Below, piece by piece: positions 1 through 11,007 of a stretch of 44,543 nt of DNA (the stretch's first letter is position 1; each line of letters starts with the position of its first letter). Location: assembly GCF_000315625.1 (NCBI RefSeq), contig NW_005434596.1, positions 375,389-419,931 of the forward strand. The letters run 5' to 3'. The notes beneath the pieces were generated by a model that saw only the letters and a program-made list of their open reading frames with translations, was not told where the DNA came from and ran no database searches. The DNA comes from Guillardia theta CCMP2712 (Eukaryota > Protista > Cryptophyta). The translations under genes were made by a program, and so were the position numbers.

Positions 1-78
1 GGAGGAGGAGGAGGAGGGAGAGGGAGAGAGGAAGGAGCAAGAGGTCTATGTACGTATCGCAGTAGCTCGCTCCTCTCT

Positions 79-2799
79 TCATGATGTGCTCCTTCCCTGG
101 CAGACGCCGCTCGGGCAGCAGACCTCGCTGTCGTCTCCTTTCTTCGAGCATGTCGAATCGTCACAGGAGCACCATCCTCCCTGCGCTCAGTGAGAACAGA
201 AGGAGGGGAGGAGGCAGAGGAGGGGTGAAGGAGAGGGAGTGAAGGGAGAGAGAAAAGAGGAGAGGAGAGGAGAGGAGGAGGAGGTGAATATCAAGAGGAG
301 GGCGAAGAGAAGAAAAAGTGAGAGAGAGGAGGAAGGAGTGTGCAGTACCTTGGTCTCAACGAATCGAGTGATCATGTCCAAGGAAGCGACAGGCTGGTCA
401 ACAAACTCAGAGAGAGGAAGAAGATGTGGGGAGTGGGGAGAGAGAGATGGGGAAGGAGAGGGAGAAGAGACGGTGAGCAGGGACGAAAGATCTAGAGGGA
501 AACGAGGTGTGAAGGGAGGGACTGATCAGAGGAGGAGGAAGAGGGGGAAGGGTAAGTAGAAGCACCTGATCGTGGGGCAGGATGTGCCCTCCTCCTCTGA
601 CCACCACCTGCGTCAAGTTCCCCCAGTGCCTCACGTAACCAGCGACGTCTGAACTCGAGGAAGACAACTTACAACACAGCATCAGCAGCTCGTCTCCTAC
701 CTCCTCCCTCCCTCTCTCCATTCTTCTCCTCCCTCCCTCCCTCCATCCATCCCTTCTTCTCCTCCCTCCCTCCCTCCCTCCCTCCCTCTTTCCCTCCCTC
801 CCTCCATTCTTCTCCTCCCTCCCTCCCCCTTTCCCTCCCTCTCTCCCTTCTTCTCCTCCACTCCCTCCACTCCCTCCCTCCCTTCTCCTCCTCCCTCCCC
901 CCTCTCTTTCCCGGTCCTCACTTTCGATTGCAATGCCATCCCTCTCCCCTCCCCCTCCTCCTCCTCTCTCCCCTTCTCTTTACCCTCTTTCCTCTTGTCC
1001 CCCCATCGCCCCTCCTCTCCTCTCACCTTGTACGGTCTTCTGGAGGCGGCATGAAAGCCGGCGCTGCCGTCGAACTTGAGCTTGCTCATGAAAGCTTCTG
1101 TTAAAGGTGCCCCCACTATGATGTCGAGGTTTCCTGCCAACACTTTCAGTTCCCATCCCTGCTCCATCCACTCCCTCCCTTCCTCCTGCTCCATCCACTC
1201 CCTCCCTTCCTCCTGCTCCATCCACTCCCTCCCTCCCTCCTGCTCCCTCCCTCCCTTCCTCCTGCTCCCTTCCTCTCTCCCTCCCTTCAGCCTTCAGTCT
1301 TCCTCTTTCCTCCTTGCCAGTCCTGCATATGCTGGTCCATTGCTTCCCCTCGGTCTCAGCCGCCCTCCTCCCTCCTCCTCTCCCCTTCCTCACCGGAGTA
1401 GATCAGGACCTTTGTCTTCGCGATCAGAGCTGTCAGCTCAGGGACCATGGAGCGCATGAAGTCGCTCTGTTCCAGTATGTCAACATGTCATGTTGTCTTG
1501 CAGACAACAAAAAACCTTGAGGCTCTTCTCACAATCAGATGCGTTGGTACCAAAGGGAACACTTCCAACATGAATTTGCTCCCTGACGTCCTTGGTGTCA
1601 AGATACTGCAGTGTTCGTCAGCAGACTCGCGCCCATTGACCAGCCCTCACCTCAGCATACAGGGAGAATTCCTGTGGCTGGTCAGTGTTGAGGAAGTTGT
1701 CGTAATCGTAACTGAAACAAAAGTTCTGTCAAAAACCTTCAATATCGTATTTACACTCAGTTTTGTCCTAGTTCGCACATCTACTTACCAACTTCTCCCT
1801 CCGCCCCCCACTCCTCAACTCTCCCCCTCCGGCTCCCTTCATCTACCACCACAACTCTGCCCCCACCATCCTTCCTCCGTCGTACCTCCCCGTGTAGTTG
1901 AAGAACAAACTGCCGTAAGGGAACAGGTCACCGTTAATCATCTCATCCCAAGTTTCGAACGCCAGCTCCATGTACTTGCTCTTGATCGCAGTGACGATCT
2001 TGGAGCACATCTCATCAAACTTCACCGATGCTGCTGTGTCTATCAGCCCCGTCTCGAGCAGCAGCTGCGGGTACACGGGGACCATGTTGATCGGATCAAT
2101 CCATCCGTCCCCGATGGCGATGCCGGCAAGGGGGACGCGTTCAGGGCTGTCAGGTACCAGCATGTCGTTGTGCTGCAGGATGGCGAAGCCGAAGGCAGGG
2201 ATGTAGTGGCCAGCATAGCTCTCCCCTGTAATGTAGAGGGGGACCTTGAGCGAGGAAGGGAACACAAGGTAGAACTGCAACAGACAGGACAAAAGGTTCT
2301 TGGCTACCTCCTCCTCTGTGGTAGGGTACCCTGACTGTGAGGAGGTGTAGGAGAATCCAGCTCCCACGGGGTTGTCGATGAAGAGGAGGGAGTAGCGCTT
2401 GTTCCATGTGGTCTCACGAGGATCCAATTTCACCTTCCCGTTCTGCTTCGAGAGAGAGAAGGGACCGATCTCATGGAACAGCCCGAACATGCTTGACCCT
2501 CCTGGTCCTCCCTGCAGCCACACGAGGAGAGGAGCAGCCGCATTGCCGTTCATGGCAGGGAAGTACCAGAAGAACATGTTGCTTCCCTTGAGGGCATCCA
2601 CAGTAAAGAACCCTGTGTAGGAGGTCAAGTTGCCCAGGTGAACGGCTGAGACCTCTTGAAGGCGCTTCGCCCGCTCCCCATGCTCGATCATGGTCGTCAG
2701 CGATCGCCCATGTTTCGGATGAAGCACGATGGAAGCCGCATGACCCGCGAGCATGACGAGGACGGTCAGCTTAGCGACTTCCCTGCCTCGACCCAGCAT
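79..2799 (-). CDS. Serine carboxypeptidase, peptidase S10 family (CPVL-like), multi-exon, secreted
   Basis: Exon 1 has a signal-like N-terminus, WLQGGPGGSS, FIDNPVGAGFSY and GESYAGHY (catalytic Ser). Later exons joined by eye via GT-AG: YDYDNFLN, VREQIHVG, KVLIYS/GNLDIIVG (Asp), VRGGGHILPHDQ (His), DMITRFV, and last exon 79-180 ending in TGA. Confidence 0.93.
700..1020. repeat. Intronic (CCCT/CTCC)n pyrimidine low-complexity tract
   Basis: Almost purely C/T on + strand between carboxypeptidase exons. Confidence 0.85.
1158..1250. repeat. 27-bp minisatellite (CCTGCTCCATCCACTCCCTCCCTTCCT) x~3, intronic
   Basis: Direct tandem copies; produces the repeated EQEEGREWM in the ORF track. Confidence 0.85.
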
Positions 2800-2857
2800 G
2801 TTCCTTTGCCGTTGAGACTTCTTTGTGCCGCATCACCGACCCGCCTCAGAACTTGGG

Positions 2858-3140
2858 GCCAGTGCAGTCCGACGGACTCGGGACGGCGCCGCTCGCGGCG
2901 CCGGGCGGTACTAGGCTACGGTACGCCCGGCCGTTCCGCGCGCCCGGCCGGCCGCGGTCCCCCCCTGGCACCCGGTCACCGGGGCCCCGCCGGGTAGTAA
3001 AATAACTTACTACTGTGCCCCGCCGGTTCGCGGCCTTCAAGTTGCCAACTCCACTGTCACCTCAGACGCCGTGACGGGTCCGATACGGTCACCAGCCGCT
3101 CCGCACCGTCGGATACTAGCCCGTCGGCAGCAGTACTGGC
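2858..3140. promoter_or_regulatory. GC-rich intergenic island upstream of the carboxypeptidase
   Basis: Very high GC, dense CCGG/GGCC/GTCAC/AGTACT words; same style as 11008-11230 and 28011-28310. Function inferred only from position. Confidence 0.4.
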
Positions 3141-3308
3141 CCCTCAAGTTGAGTTAAAAATCAGTACGAGGACAATGAGGAGAGTCGAGCCTGACTCGTG
3201 CAGTCGCTGTCTTTTCTCTTCTCGCCGTTTGGCCTGTGCGACCGTGGCAGTGTCCGACAGGGTCAAGCCTCCTCGACTCAGGCTCCTGATTGTCCTCAGT
3301 CGTACTGA

Positions 3309-3329
3309 TTTTTAACTTAACTTTGAGTA
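3309..3329 (+). repeat. Dispersed 21-bp motif TTTTTAACTTAACTTTGAGTA, copy 1
   Basis: Identical to 38266-38286; near-identical inverted copy at 11239-11260. Confidence 0.85.
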
Positions 3330-3739
3330 CAGAGAACAGTACGGTCATGGCAGTCATAAGTTCAACCGAACACTGAACCAGTTGACCGTCATCAAAGCTT
3401 TACTCAAAGCTACGGTGGTACTGAAGTGACTGGTAGCCGCAGGTGCCCCTGGAAACATTCGTCACTCGTTCCGACGGAAATACCAGTCGAGCCGTGCCCG
3501 CCGCCCTGTTACCAGTCAATGATGACATTGAAGCTGTATGAAAACGGAGGATTTCAGGTTATAGCTTTTTACTACAAGGTATCTCCGGGAATCATCATGA
3601 ATTTCCGCATCATCCAGCTTTTATGCTGTGAAAAGAGCTGGTTTCGATTTGCAACCAGCAAACCTGGATAAGAGCCTAGTCGAGCCTGGTCGATAAGAGC
3701 CTGGTCGAGCAGAGCAACCTTGAAACCAGCACGTTGACC

Positions 3740-4201
3740 ATGGCAGCAACGCCTCTAGCAACATTCGCTTGTATGTGGGGAGACAACGGGACTTGTTGTC
3801 CTCCCAGCAGTAAGCTCGACCCCATCTACGACTTCTCCTTCATGCACTCAGACCACTACAGCGATACCGCTTTCGTCGAGGACTGGACGCGAAGTGACGC
3901 AACAACAGTAGCGAGTAAGTGGTTGCCGCACGAGCACAAAAAGACTCCGGCAAAGAAACCAAGGGCGACACATATCTCGCAGAATCATCAGCATGGAAGA
4001 CCATCGTCTAGTCGCGGCAGCCATGCTCAGAACATTCGGAAGGAGAAGCATGAAGGACATTGGACGGGCTCGAGTCGAAGTGTGCAGCCAAAATGCAGAT
4101 TGAACGAAGTTAGAGCGAGGAACATGCACTCCCTTTCGAGAAACGAAGAGAGTTCGACAAAGACAGAAAATGATGAAGGGGCTAGCAGGCATATTTACTA
4201 G
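3740..4201 (+). CDS. Hypothetical protein (~153 aa)
   Basis: ATG at 3740, open to TAG 4201, protein-like N-half (DFSFMHSDHYSDTAFVEDW); no recognised domain. Confidence 0.4.
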   Translation: MAATPLATFACMWGDNGTCCPPSSKLDPIYDFSFMHSDHYSDTAFVEDWTRSDATTVASKWLPHEHKKTPAKKPRATHISQNHQHGRPSSSRGSHAQNIRKEKHEGHWTGSSRSVQPKCRLNEVRARNMHSLSRNEESSTKTENDEGASRHIY

Positions 4202-5187
4202 CAGCACCAGAACAGTCAAAGTTACAAAGTCTTTACTGTTGGCGATCACAGGGATGTAAAGCAAAGGATAATGCAGCGATGTAAATAGAGCCTGAATGTA
4301 AGCAAGGAGAGTGCAATTATGTAAATAAAGTGTCAATGCAAAGCAAGACAGGATTTCTAAGGGTAGGTAGAGAGATCACGAGGGAGCGAGGGGAGGATTA
4401 GACTCTTTCAAGACTCAGCTGTTTTCAAAGTAGCGAATTGATCAGCCGTATTATCACATGGCGATCCAACTGTTGGAAACTTCCCTTCGCTGAGCACCCT
4501 CTATTGCTCCTAAGATGTTACATGGTAAACACTGTGAACATTTTCACGGCATATCATATGCATCTTCACACAACCTGTGCTGCGAACACAAAAGTGAGCA
4601 AAAGACGTACAGGTTTAAGGAAAATAAGGATATCACCCTTTTCAACGAATGCAAATCGTAGGTTTGGAAGCTGTTGGTTCAGTTCTGTTTGTTAATTCCT
4701 TCTCAAAAGAATGATAATTGAAGTCACGACGATGGAAGCCCGGAATATGTGGCGGTCTATGATGGTAGCATTCGATTTGTCAGCAGCAGATTTCACTTGC
4801 TGCACTGTGTCTTTGAATGGAACTTGTAGATGGATTGGACTGTCTCTTGACTCGAGGAAACTTGAAACCCAACAAGTGTCACAGTGTGTGACGATGCTAA
4901 CTGTAAGGCTTCTCAGAAATTTCTCCCACACCCTCCGGAAATTTCTCCACCCAGTCCGGGCCCGCGCCAGTGCTGCCGTACGGCAGTTCCGCTACTACGG
5001 TACTACCACGAGCCCTGAGGCGGGTGTTGTCAAGTTTGAGTAAAACTTTCTTTGAAACACGCGGGAACCATACAGGACTTCACGACGATGCTGGGATGAA
5101 GCAGGTAAGGGGGGGAGGACGAGGAGATGAACAGAGGGGAGGAAGGGAGGAAGGGAGGGAACATAGGAAGATGGAGAAGAGAAGGGA

Positions 5188-5237
5188 AGAGACGAGACGA
5201 GACGAGACGAGACGAGAAGAGACGAGACGAGACGAGA
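5188..5237. repeat. (GAGAC)n microsatellite
   Basis: Direct pentanucleotide repeats. Confidence 0.9.
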
Positions 5238-5568
5238 TTGTGTTCAGGTAGTGGGAAAGGTAGCGGGGAAGGTAGGGGGAGAAGTGGGTCGGGGTTAAGG
5301 TGGAGGGTTTGGGGGGGGCGGGGGGGGGGGGAATGCAGGTAGCGCAGAATAGGGAGAGAGAGGTATGGAGAGGATGGAGGTGTGCGGAAGAGGGTAGAAG
5401 GGTACCCAAAATAGAGGTTCAGTGTTGACAAGTGACTGAGAGTGATTCCAAGGGACATCCCCACACTGTCAACGACGGCCACGAGTATTCAAGCAGAGAG
5501 CGAAACGGTGAGACATCACATCTTGTGAGAAATGACATTGACGTTGGTGCTTCTCATTCAAAGACATC

Positions 5569-6424
5569 ATGGGCGCTAGCAGGTTTCGAGAAGAAGGAAG
5601 GATTCTCTTTCGGGAGGGAGAATGGGAGAAGGCAGCAGAGTCTTTCACCAAGGCCATAGAAGCCTCATGCAAACTCCCCGTCCTCCTCACAAACCGCGCC
5701 CTCTGCAACCAGAAGCTTGAGAGGTGGGAGCTGGTGGAAAAGGATGCGCGCGAGGCGATCGAGCATCCTGAAGGAAGCACGTCGGTGAAGGCTCACTACC
5801 TGCTGGGCAAGGCGCTGCTGGAGCAGAAGAAGTTTGGACAGGCCATGGAGTCGCTCCTGAAGGCAATGTCGCTGTCCTCCTCCCCAGACTTCAAGTCCTA
5901 CAGGTTGAGCATCGATGCCGCTCTCTACTTCGCCAAGAAGAAGATCGCAGAGGAGAAGCGCTCGCTGGCGGTGCAGGAGGACGAGAAGGTCACGGCGAGC
6001 TGGTTGGGGCTAGTAGAAAGATGCTACAACTCGAGGACGGAGGAGGATGAAACCGCCAAGGGATCGGCCCAGGAGCTGAGCAAGGAGCGGAAGGATGCGA
6101 TACACGCTCTCATGCGATCACTTCGATCACGACAGGAGGGGAGGAAGGTGCCGGGGAGCATACTTCGATCACGACAGGAGGGGAGGAAGGTGCCGGGGAG
6201 CATAGTATGCAGCCTTAGCAAGAAGATCATGTTGGACAGCGCTACCTCCAGGAGAACGAGTACAGAGAGCCTGGCGGCAGCCGCACGCTCTGCATGGAAC
6301 AGCTCATCCCCAACGTGGCAGCCGCACGCTCTGCATGGAACAGCTCATCCCCAACGTTGCGCTCAAGGCCTTCATAGACGAGTTCCTCGCGGAGAACCCG
6401 CTACTCTATGACATGGGAGGTTAA
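5569..6424 (+). pseudogene. CHIP/STUB1-like TPR + U-box E3 ligase with disrupted U-box (pseudogene or assembly error)
   Basis: Three TPRs (REEGRILF..., LTNRALC..., VKAHYLLGKAL), U-box start VPGSIVCSLSKKIMLD; the U-box tail (RYLQENEYREP...EQLIPNVALKAFIDEFLAENP, TAA at 6422-6424) lies in other frames; central PxxTPSGxTY segment absent; 42-bp and 41-bp tandem duplications. Confidence 0.75.
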
Positions 6425-6734
6425 CGAGCCCTGAGTTTCTCCATCCTGCTCCCTCTTTTCCCTATTCCCTCCTTCTGACTTTCACGTGCTCTTCACGAGT
6501 CATCCTCCCTCCCCCTCCCTCCCTCCTTCCTGCCCTTCTATCTCTCGCTTGCTCTCTCGTGCTCGCTCTCGCTATCTCTCGACAAACAAGACAAGTCGCA
6601 GAAGAATACTTACATGTTCAATAGTCAGCTAGAAAGATGAAAGAAGATATAGAGATACAAAGAAGATGGTTCGGTGCTTGGCTGCCTATCATACACGTTT
6701 GCATGCGACTGGCCCTTGAAAAGATCCTGTACCG

Positions 6735-8534
6735 TCACTGCAAGCTCTCCCACTCGGTCTCGAGGACTGTCTGACGGAGTTCTGCTATCTGTGAGGCAAG
6801 GCTACTGCCGATGGAAGAAAGAGAGTCCTCCAGTCCCCTCACAGTCTTCCCCATCCCCTCAAGCGCTTCCGAGATAGAGTCCAGGTTCGCCTGCTCCGAC
6901 TCATCCCGGTACGGGCGGAGGAAATCTTCGCACCCAAGTCGCCATCGAGGGATCCTGACCTTGATCGGCTTCTGCTCGTTTCGCTGCTCGGGAGGTTGCT
7001 CGGCCTTCAGCTCCCGTCTGTCAGCAACCTCGCCCTCGAGATGAGGGTCTACGGCAGCGCAAACTCCTGTTTCTCCTCCATCAGCCGATGGCAGCAGCCC
7101 GAGGTCCTCGCGCTCTGAAGCCTCGAGAGCTGGCGGGAGTGAGCTGGGCCTTCCTCGATCGTCTTCCTCTATCTCCACCTCAGTCACGTCCACGTGCGAG
7201 GCCTTGTGGGGTACGCCCCTCTCGCTAGCAGCACTGTCTGCATCTTCCCAAGACATGCTATCATTCGACGAATCGTAATCTTCCTCAATGATCTCAAACT
7301 CGGAGCTCTCAGATTCCGACAATTCTCCACCAGACTGTCCAGCAGACTTGTCCTGCGGTTCTGAGCTCTTCTCGGATGGAGCCAAAGGCTGAGCATAATT
7401 GGTAGGGCGAGTACTCTTCTTCTTTTTCCTGCAGATACATCTATCCATGCGGCAAGAGCAGGCTATGCAGCGCAGCGCTCTGAGCTTGGAGCACCATTTT
7501 CCGTTCCTTCCAACCTTTGAGTTGTGATAGATGGCATCCGTTTTCCTTGCTTTCATCGGAATGGTCGACAACTCTGGAGCGATGAACTTTGATTCGGACT
7601 TATCCATGCTTGAGAAAGGCTTGATGTGCACTTCGTTCTTTCTTGCAACAGGCTGTGCATGGAAGACCTTGGAAATAGGCTTTGCAGTAGTTGCTTCAGC
7701 CTTTGGCATTGTTGGCTGCTGGATCTGCAGCAGCTTGGCACAAAATTCATCTTTTTTCTTATCACGAGGAATGGAAACGCCACTGGGCTCGGACTGTTTC
7801 GAGGGACTCGACTCTGCCAACTTACAAGGGCTTTTGGTTTCCTCGGGCTTGCGAAACGAACGATCAAAGGTGCCGTTCCTCCGGAAGAAGGAGAAGCAAG
7901 CATCGCAGATGGTGATGCCGATGTATCTCGTCCAATCTCTTCCTCCTGCTACAGTTTTGTCCGTTATCGTATGCCATCGTTTCGCTGGCTGTTGGAGAGG
8001 GCAGAGGTCTACCTCGCACAACTTAAGATTTCTGGCGGCGTGATCGTTGTCTTTGTCGTCACTCCTGGCTCCCTTGTTCACATTGTCAAAGTGAGCACTG
8101 CAAGTGACATCTTCTGGGCTGAGAGGCTGAGGAAACATCCTCCCCTTCTCGGCAGCTTTTGGAGCCGAAGAATCATTTGATGCTGTCCCTTCCTTGCCAA
8201 CGGATTCTCCTTTCGAAGCTCCCTCGGAGGCTTCCGGGGCAGCCCGAGCAGGCTCTAGACGCTGCTTCTTGTTGGGCGTTGACTGTCCTGAGTCTGCGGA
8301 GTCTGAAACGTAAAGAGTCAAAGCAGACTCATCCTCATTGTAACAATGTCCGCAGGAGTCATGAAATGGGCACGAACAGAGTGGACCTCGGTGCTTACCT
8401 TTGCTTCTCTTGCGGTTGTCTGAGGATTTCCTCTTCATGTCTGGGCCTACAACTCTCCCGTCCTCGATCCAATACTCATTCTGGCTCCATTCCTCTTCAG
8501 CCTGGGTACTGTCAAATGGAACGACTACAACGCC
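6735..8534 (-). CDS. Large terminal exon of a hypothetical nuclear protein with an atypical GATA-like Zn finger
   Basis: 567-aa ORF whose frame stays open upstream of the Met at 8438 to a CAG acceptor near 8535; contains CEVDLC...WH...DW...ICDACFSFFRRNG, basic NLS-like and acidic tracts, C-terminal heptads. Confidence 0.7.
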   Translation of the reverse strand, partial: GVVVVPFDSTQAEEEWSQNEYWIEDGRVVGPDMKRKSSDNRKRSKGKHRGPLCSCPFHDSCGHCYNEDESALTLYVSDSADSGQSTPNKKQRLEPARAAPEASEGASKGESVGKEGTASNDSSAPKAAEKGRMFPQPLSPEDVTCSAHFDNVNKGARSDDKDNDHAARNLKLCEVDLCPLQQPAKRWHTITDKTVAGGRDWTRYIGITICDACFSFFRRNGTFDRSFRKPEETKSPCKLAESSPSKQSEPSGVSIPRDKKKDEFCAKLLQIQQPTMPKAEATTAKPISKVFHAQPVARKNEVHIKPFSSMDKSESKFIAPELSTIPMKARKTDAIYHNSKVGRNGKWCSKLRALRCIACSCRMDRCICRKKKKSTRPTNYAQPLAPSEKSSEPQDKSAGQSGGELSESESSEFEIIEEDYDSSNDSMSWEDADSAASERGVPHKASHVDVTEVEIEEDDRGRPSSLPPALEASEREDLGLLPSADGGETGVCAAVDPHLEGEVADRRELKAEQPPEQRNEQKPIKVRIPRWRLGCEDFLRPYRDESEQANLDSISEALEGMGKTVRGLEDSLSSIGSSLASQIAELRQTVLETEWESLQ

Positions 8535-8659
8535 TGGAATTTACCACATCGCAGGAGAGATTTGGAATCATGGAGCAGAAGAAGTGATTGCTCATCTGAA
8601 CAAACTGTCAACCATTCCATCCTCCATCCTACCAACAATTGCCCCACATTAATGGAATG

Positions 8660-9980
8660 ATCATCGTGAATCCTCCGCCACTTCCCGCAGTGGTCGCAAT
8701 TGATCCAAGTCTTGAGGAACGGCTGTCAAGAATCGAAACAATGCGGATTGCCGTACCTCCTCCCCAATCTCTATGGAATGCCCAGCGCTCGAGGCAACTT
8801 CACCCGTCACTATCTTGCTTGTTGGCTGCTCTTGTCGATGTCGAATTTCGTGCAAATCCTTCAAACATCTGGTACACAAAACTCAGGGGAGGAATCGAGT
8901 GGAGGGGTTGTCAGTAATTACGTGGACTTTGGCAAACAGACTTGGGTTTTAAAGAACCTGCTATAGAACCAAGGACGATACTAAAGAAGACAAGTCAATG
9001 ACTAGCATTCATCAGTAGATAATATCTCACCGAGATCAGCAAGTTCTCTCGTTCCTTGCGAGACAAAGCTGCATAGTCTCTGACGAGATCTGCTTCTGCA
9101 GCCGCTCTGATGTGAAACAAGAAGATTCAGTTTTCCATTCGCTCGCATCAGTGATGTTCACAAGGGATTGGTCACCTGGCTTCTGCTTTTGCCTTCATTC
9201 TTGCTGTCAAACCATGACCACTGGTAGGAGCCGAATAATGCTTGGAAGGATATGAGGTCGGAGAGTCGCCGGCGTCTTGATACAGAAAACTGTCGTGGCG
9301 CAGATCGCCCAAGAGCTCTTCATTCGAAAGGGGTTGGCAGTCATAGAGCTCAACATCGTCGTAATCGTAAGTCCCTTTGTGTCGTCCACGCTCGGATGCT
9401 TCAACAAAACATGAGAACCATCATGTTGCACCCAGTCAACAAGAGCTTACCAGGATTCTTACTTTGCTGCATATCTATTGGGTCCCCTGCCGCATTTCCT
9501 TCACAAGAGTCAAGCGATGTGCCATGGCAGGATGTCAAGCCTGAGGGCGCAACAATCAAGCGAGGCAGGCTAAAACTTGTGCACTTTACCATTCTGGGCA
9601 TCCACAGACGGAGGGGCCGACGGGCTAGCAGGCACATCGCTCTGCAGGCACTGGCTTGACGCAGTGCTCTCATCCGAGATACATGACGAGGAGCTCCTCT
9701 CTGCAGCGTTCATCGAGCCACCATCCTCCACACCTTCCGCCATGCTGTCCGTGTCCTCGCCTGTGTATCTGATCTTGTTGTCATCATCGCGAATCGCTGA
9801 GAAGCCTTCCTGCAGATGAACCATGAAAGACTGTCCCACATGACCGCTACACTTCTCTCTGTTTGAGCCTATGTAGTACTCTTGCCCGTCTAGGATTGTA
9901 CATTTCGACACATGGTTGGCTGCCATGTTCTCTTCTACCACTGCCCAGCCCTGGAGAGCAAGCATTAATAACATCATTCG
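8660..9980 (-). CDS. Probable upstream exons of an uncharacterised minus-strand gene (may join the 6735-8534 exon)
   Basis: 138-aa ORF 9570-9986 and further protein-like frames (e.g. GTYDYDDVELYDCQPLSNEELLGDL near 9250-9400); splice structure not resolved. Confidence 0.35.
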
Positions 9981-11007
9981 AACCAAAGAGAACGATAAGA
10001 CGAAACCAGTCCTCTACACTTTAAACTTCCTCTAATGCTTCACACTGAAAGAAATTGTCCAGCAAAGTGGTGTGTTTCCAACTGGTTTGCGAGCACACAT
10101 TACGAGCCATATAAAGAGAATCTTGTGAAGGAAGCAGCGCAAAATCATTGTCAATCGATGTCGTCAACTTTGCTTGAGTTTGAATTCATCGTGTCTCCTC
10201 ACATATCCATGTAAACCCCACAAACTTTCTCCTAACGACCACTCGCAATCGATCCATCGCTTATTCCCAGGCATTCCCAAGGCTTCTTCACCGCCCCTCC
10301 TCCTCCAATCAACACGTGTATCTATAGCCCTCCTGTCCCGCATCCTCCTCCCTCCTCCTCCTCCCGCCCCCACTTCCGCCCTCCTCAACTACTCCCTCCA
10401 CCAACATCGCTGGCCCCTGCATTGACCCTCTAACGTGTACCCCGCCCATGGACCCCACCCCGTCTCTCTTGAACAAAAGCAAGACCCCACCCTTCAAATT
10501 GCAGTAAAAGGTACCCCTGCCTCCCTTTGTTGAGATTCACGCCAATCACAATCCCTTTGGCTACCCCCCTTTATGGACTCCCTGAACTCAGAAACTATAC
10601 CCTATCTACCCCTACCCCCTCACTCACTCCATCCCCAACAAAAAGAGACACTGTACCCCTGGGTTCCCTCAGCTCTACCCCACCCCTCTACAGCCCTGGA
10701 CCATCGACCCACAAACCCTCACTTTCGCAGCACAACTACCCCACCCCTCAAGTCCCACTCACTGAAAATGAAACTACCCCTGTTTGTAACATTCGTACAG
10801 TACCCCACCACCTGTACTCAAAATTATGGACCGGTGATCGGAATCAATGGAGTGTAAATACCGGTGCCTTTGAATTCAGATTCACGAGAGAGAATAGGGT
10901 AGGGTGTATAACCCCACCCTTCATTTCTGGGCAAGAAAAGGTCAACTGATGGACCGGCTCATACCGCACGTGAATGTTGACTAAAATAACGATTACAGAG
11001 CCTCAGA

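Noticed and set aside
187-1459. Many G/E/R-rich or S/P/L-rich ORFs
   Set aside because: Products of stop-poor intronic low-complexity DNA.
1447-2334. 295-aa plus-strand ORF
   Set aside because: Antisense shadow of the carboxypeptidase; no motifs.
7531-8652. Plus-strand ORFs
   Set aside because: Overlap the longer minus-strand exon; no independent support.
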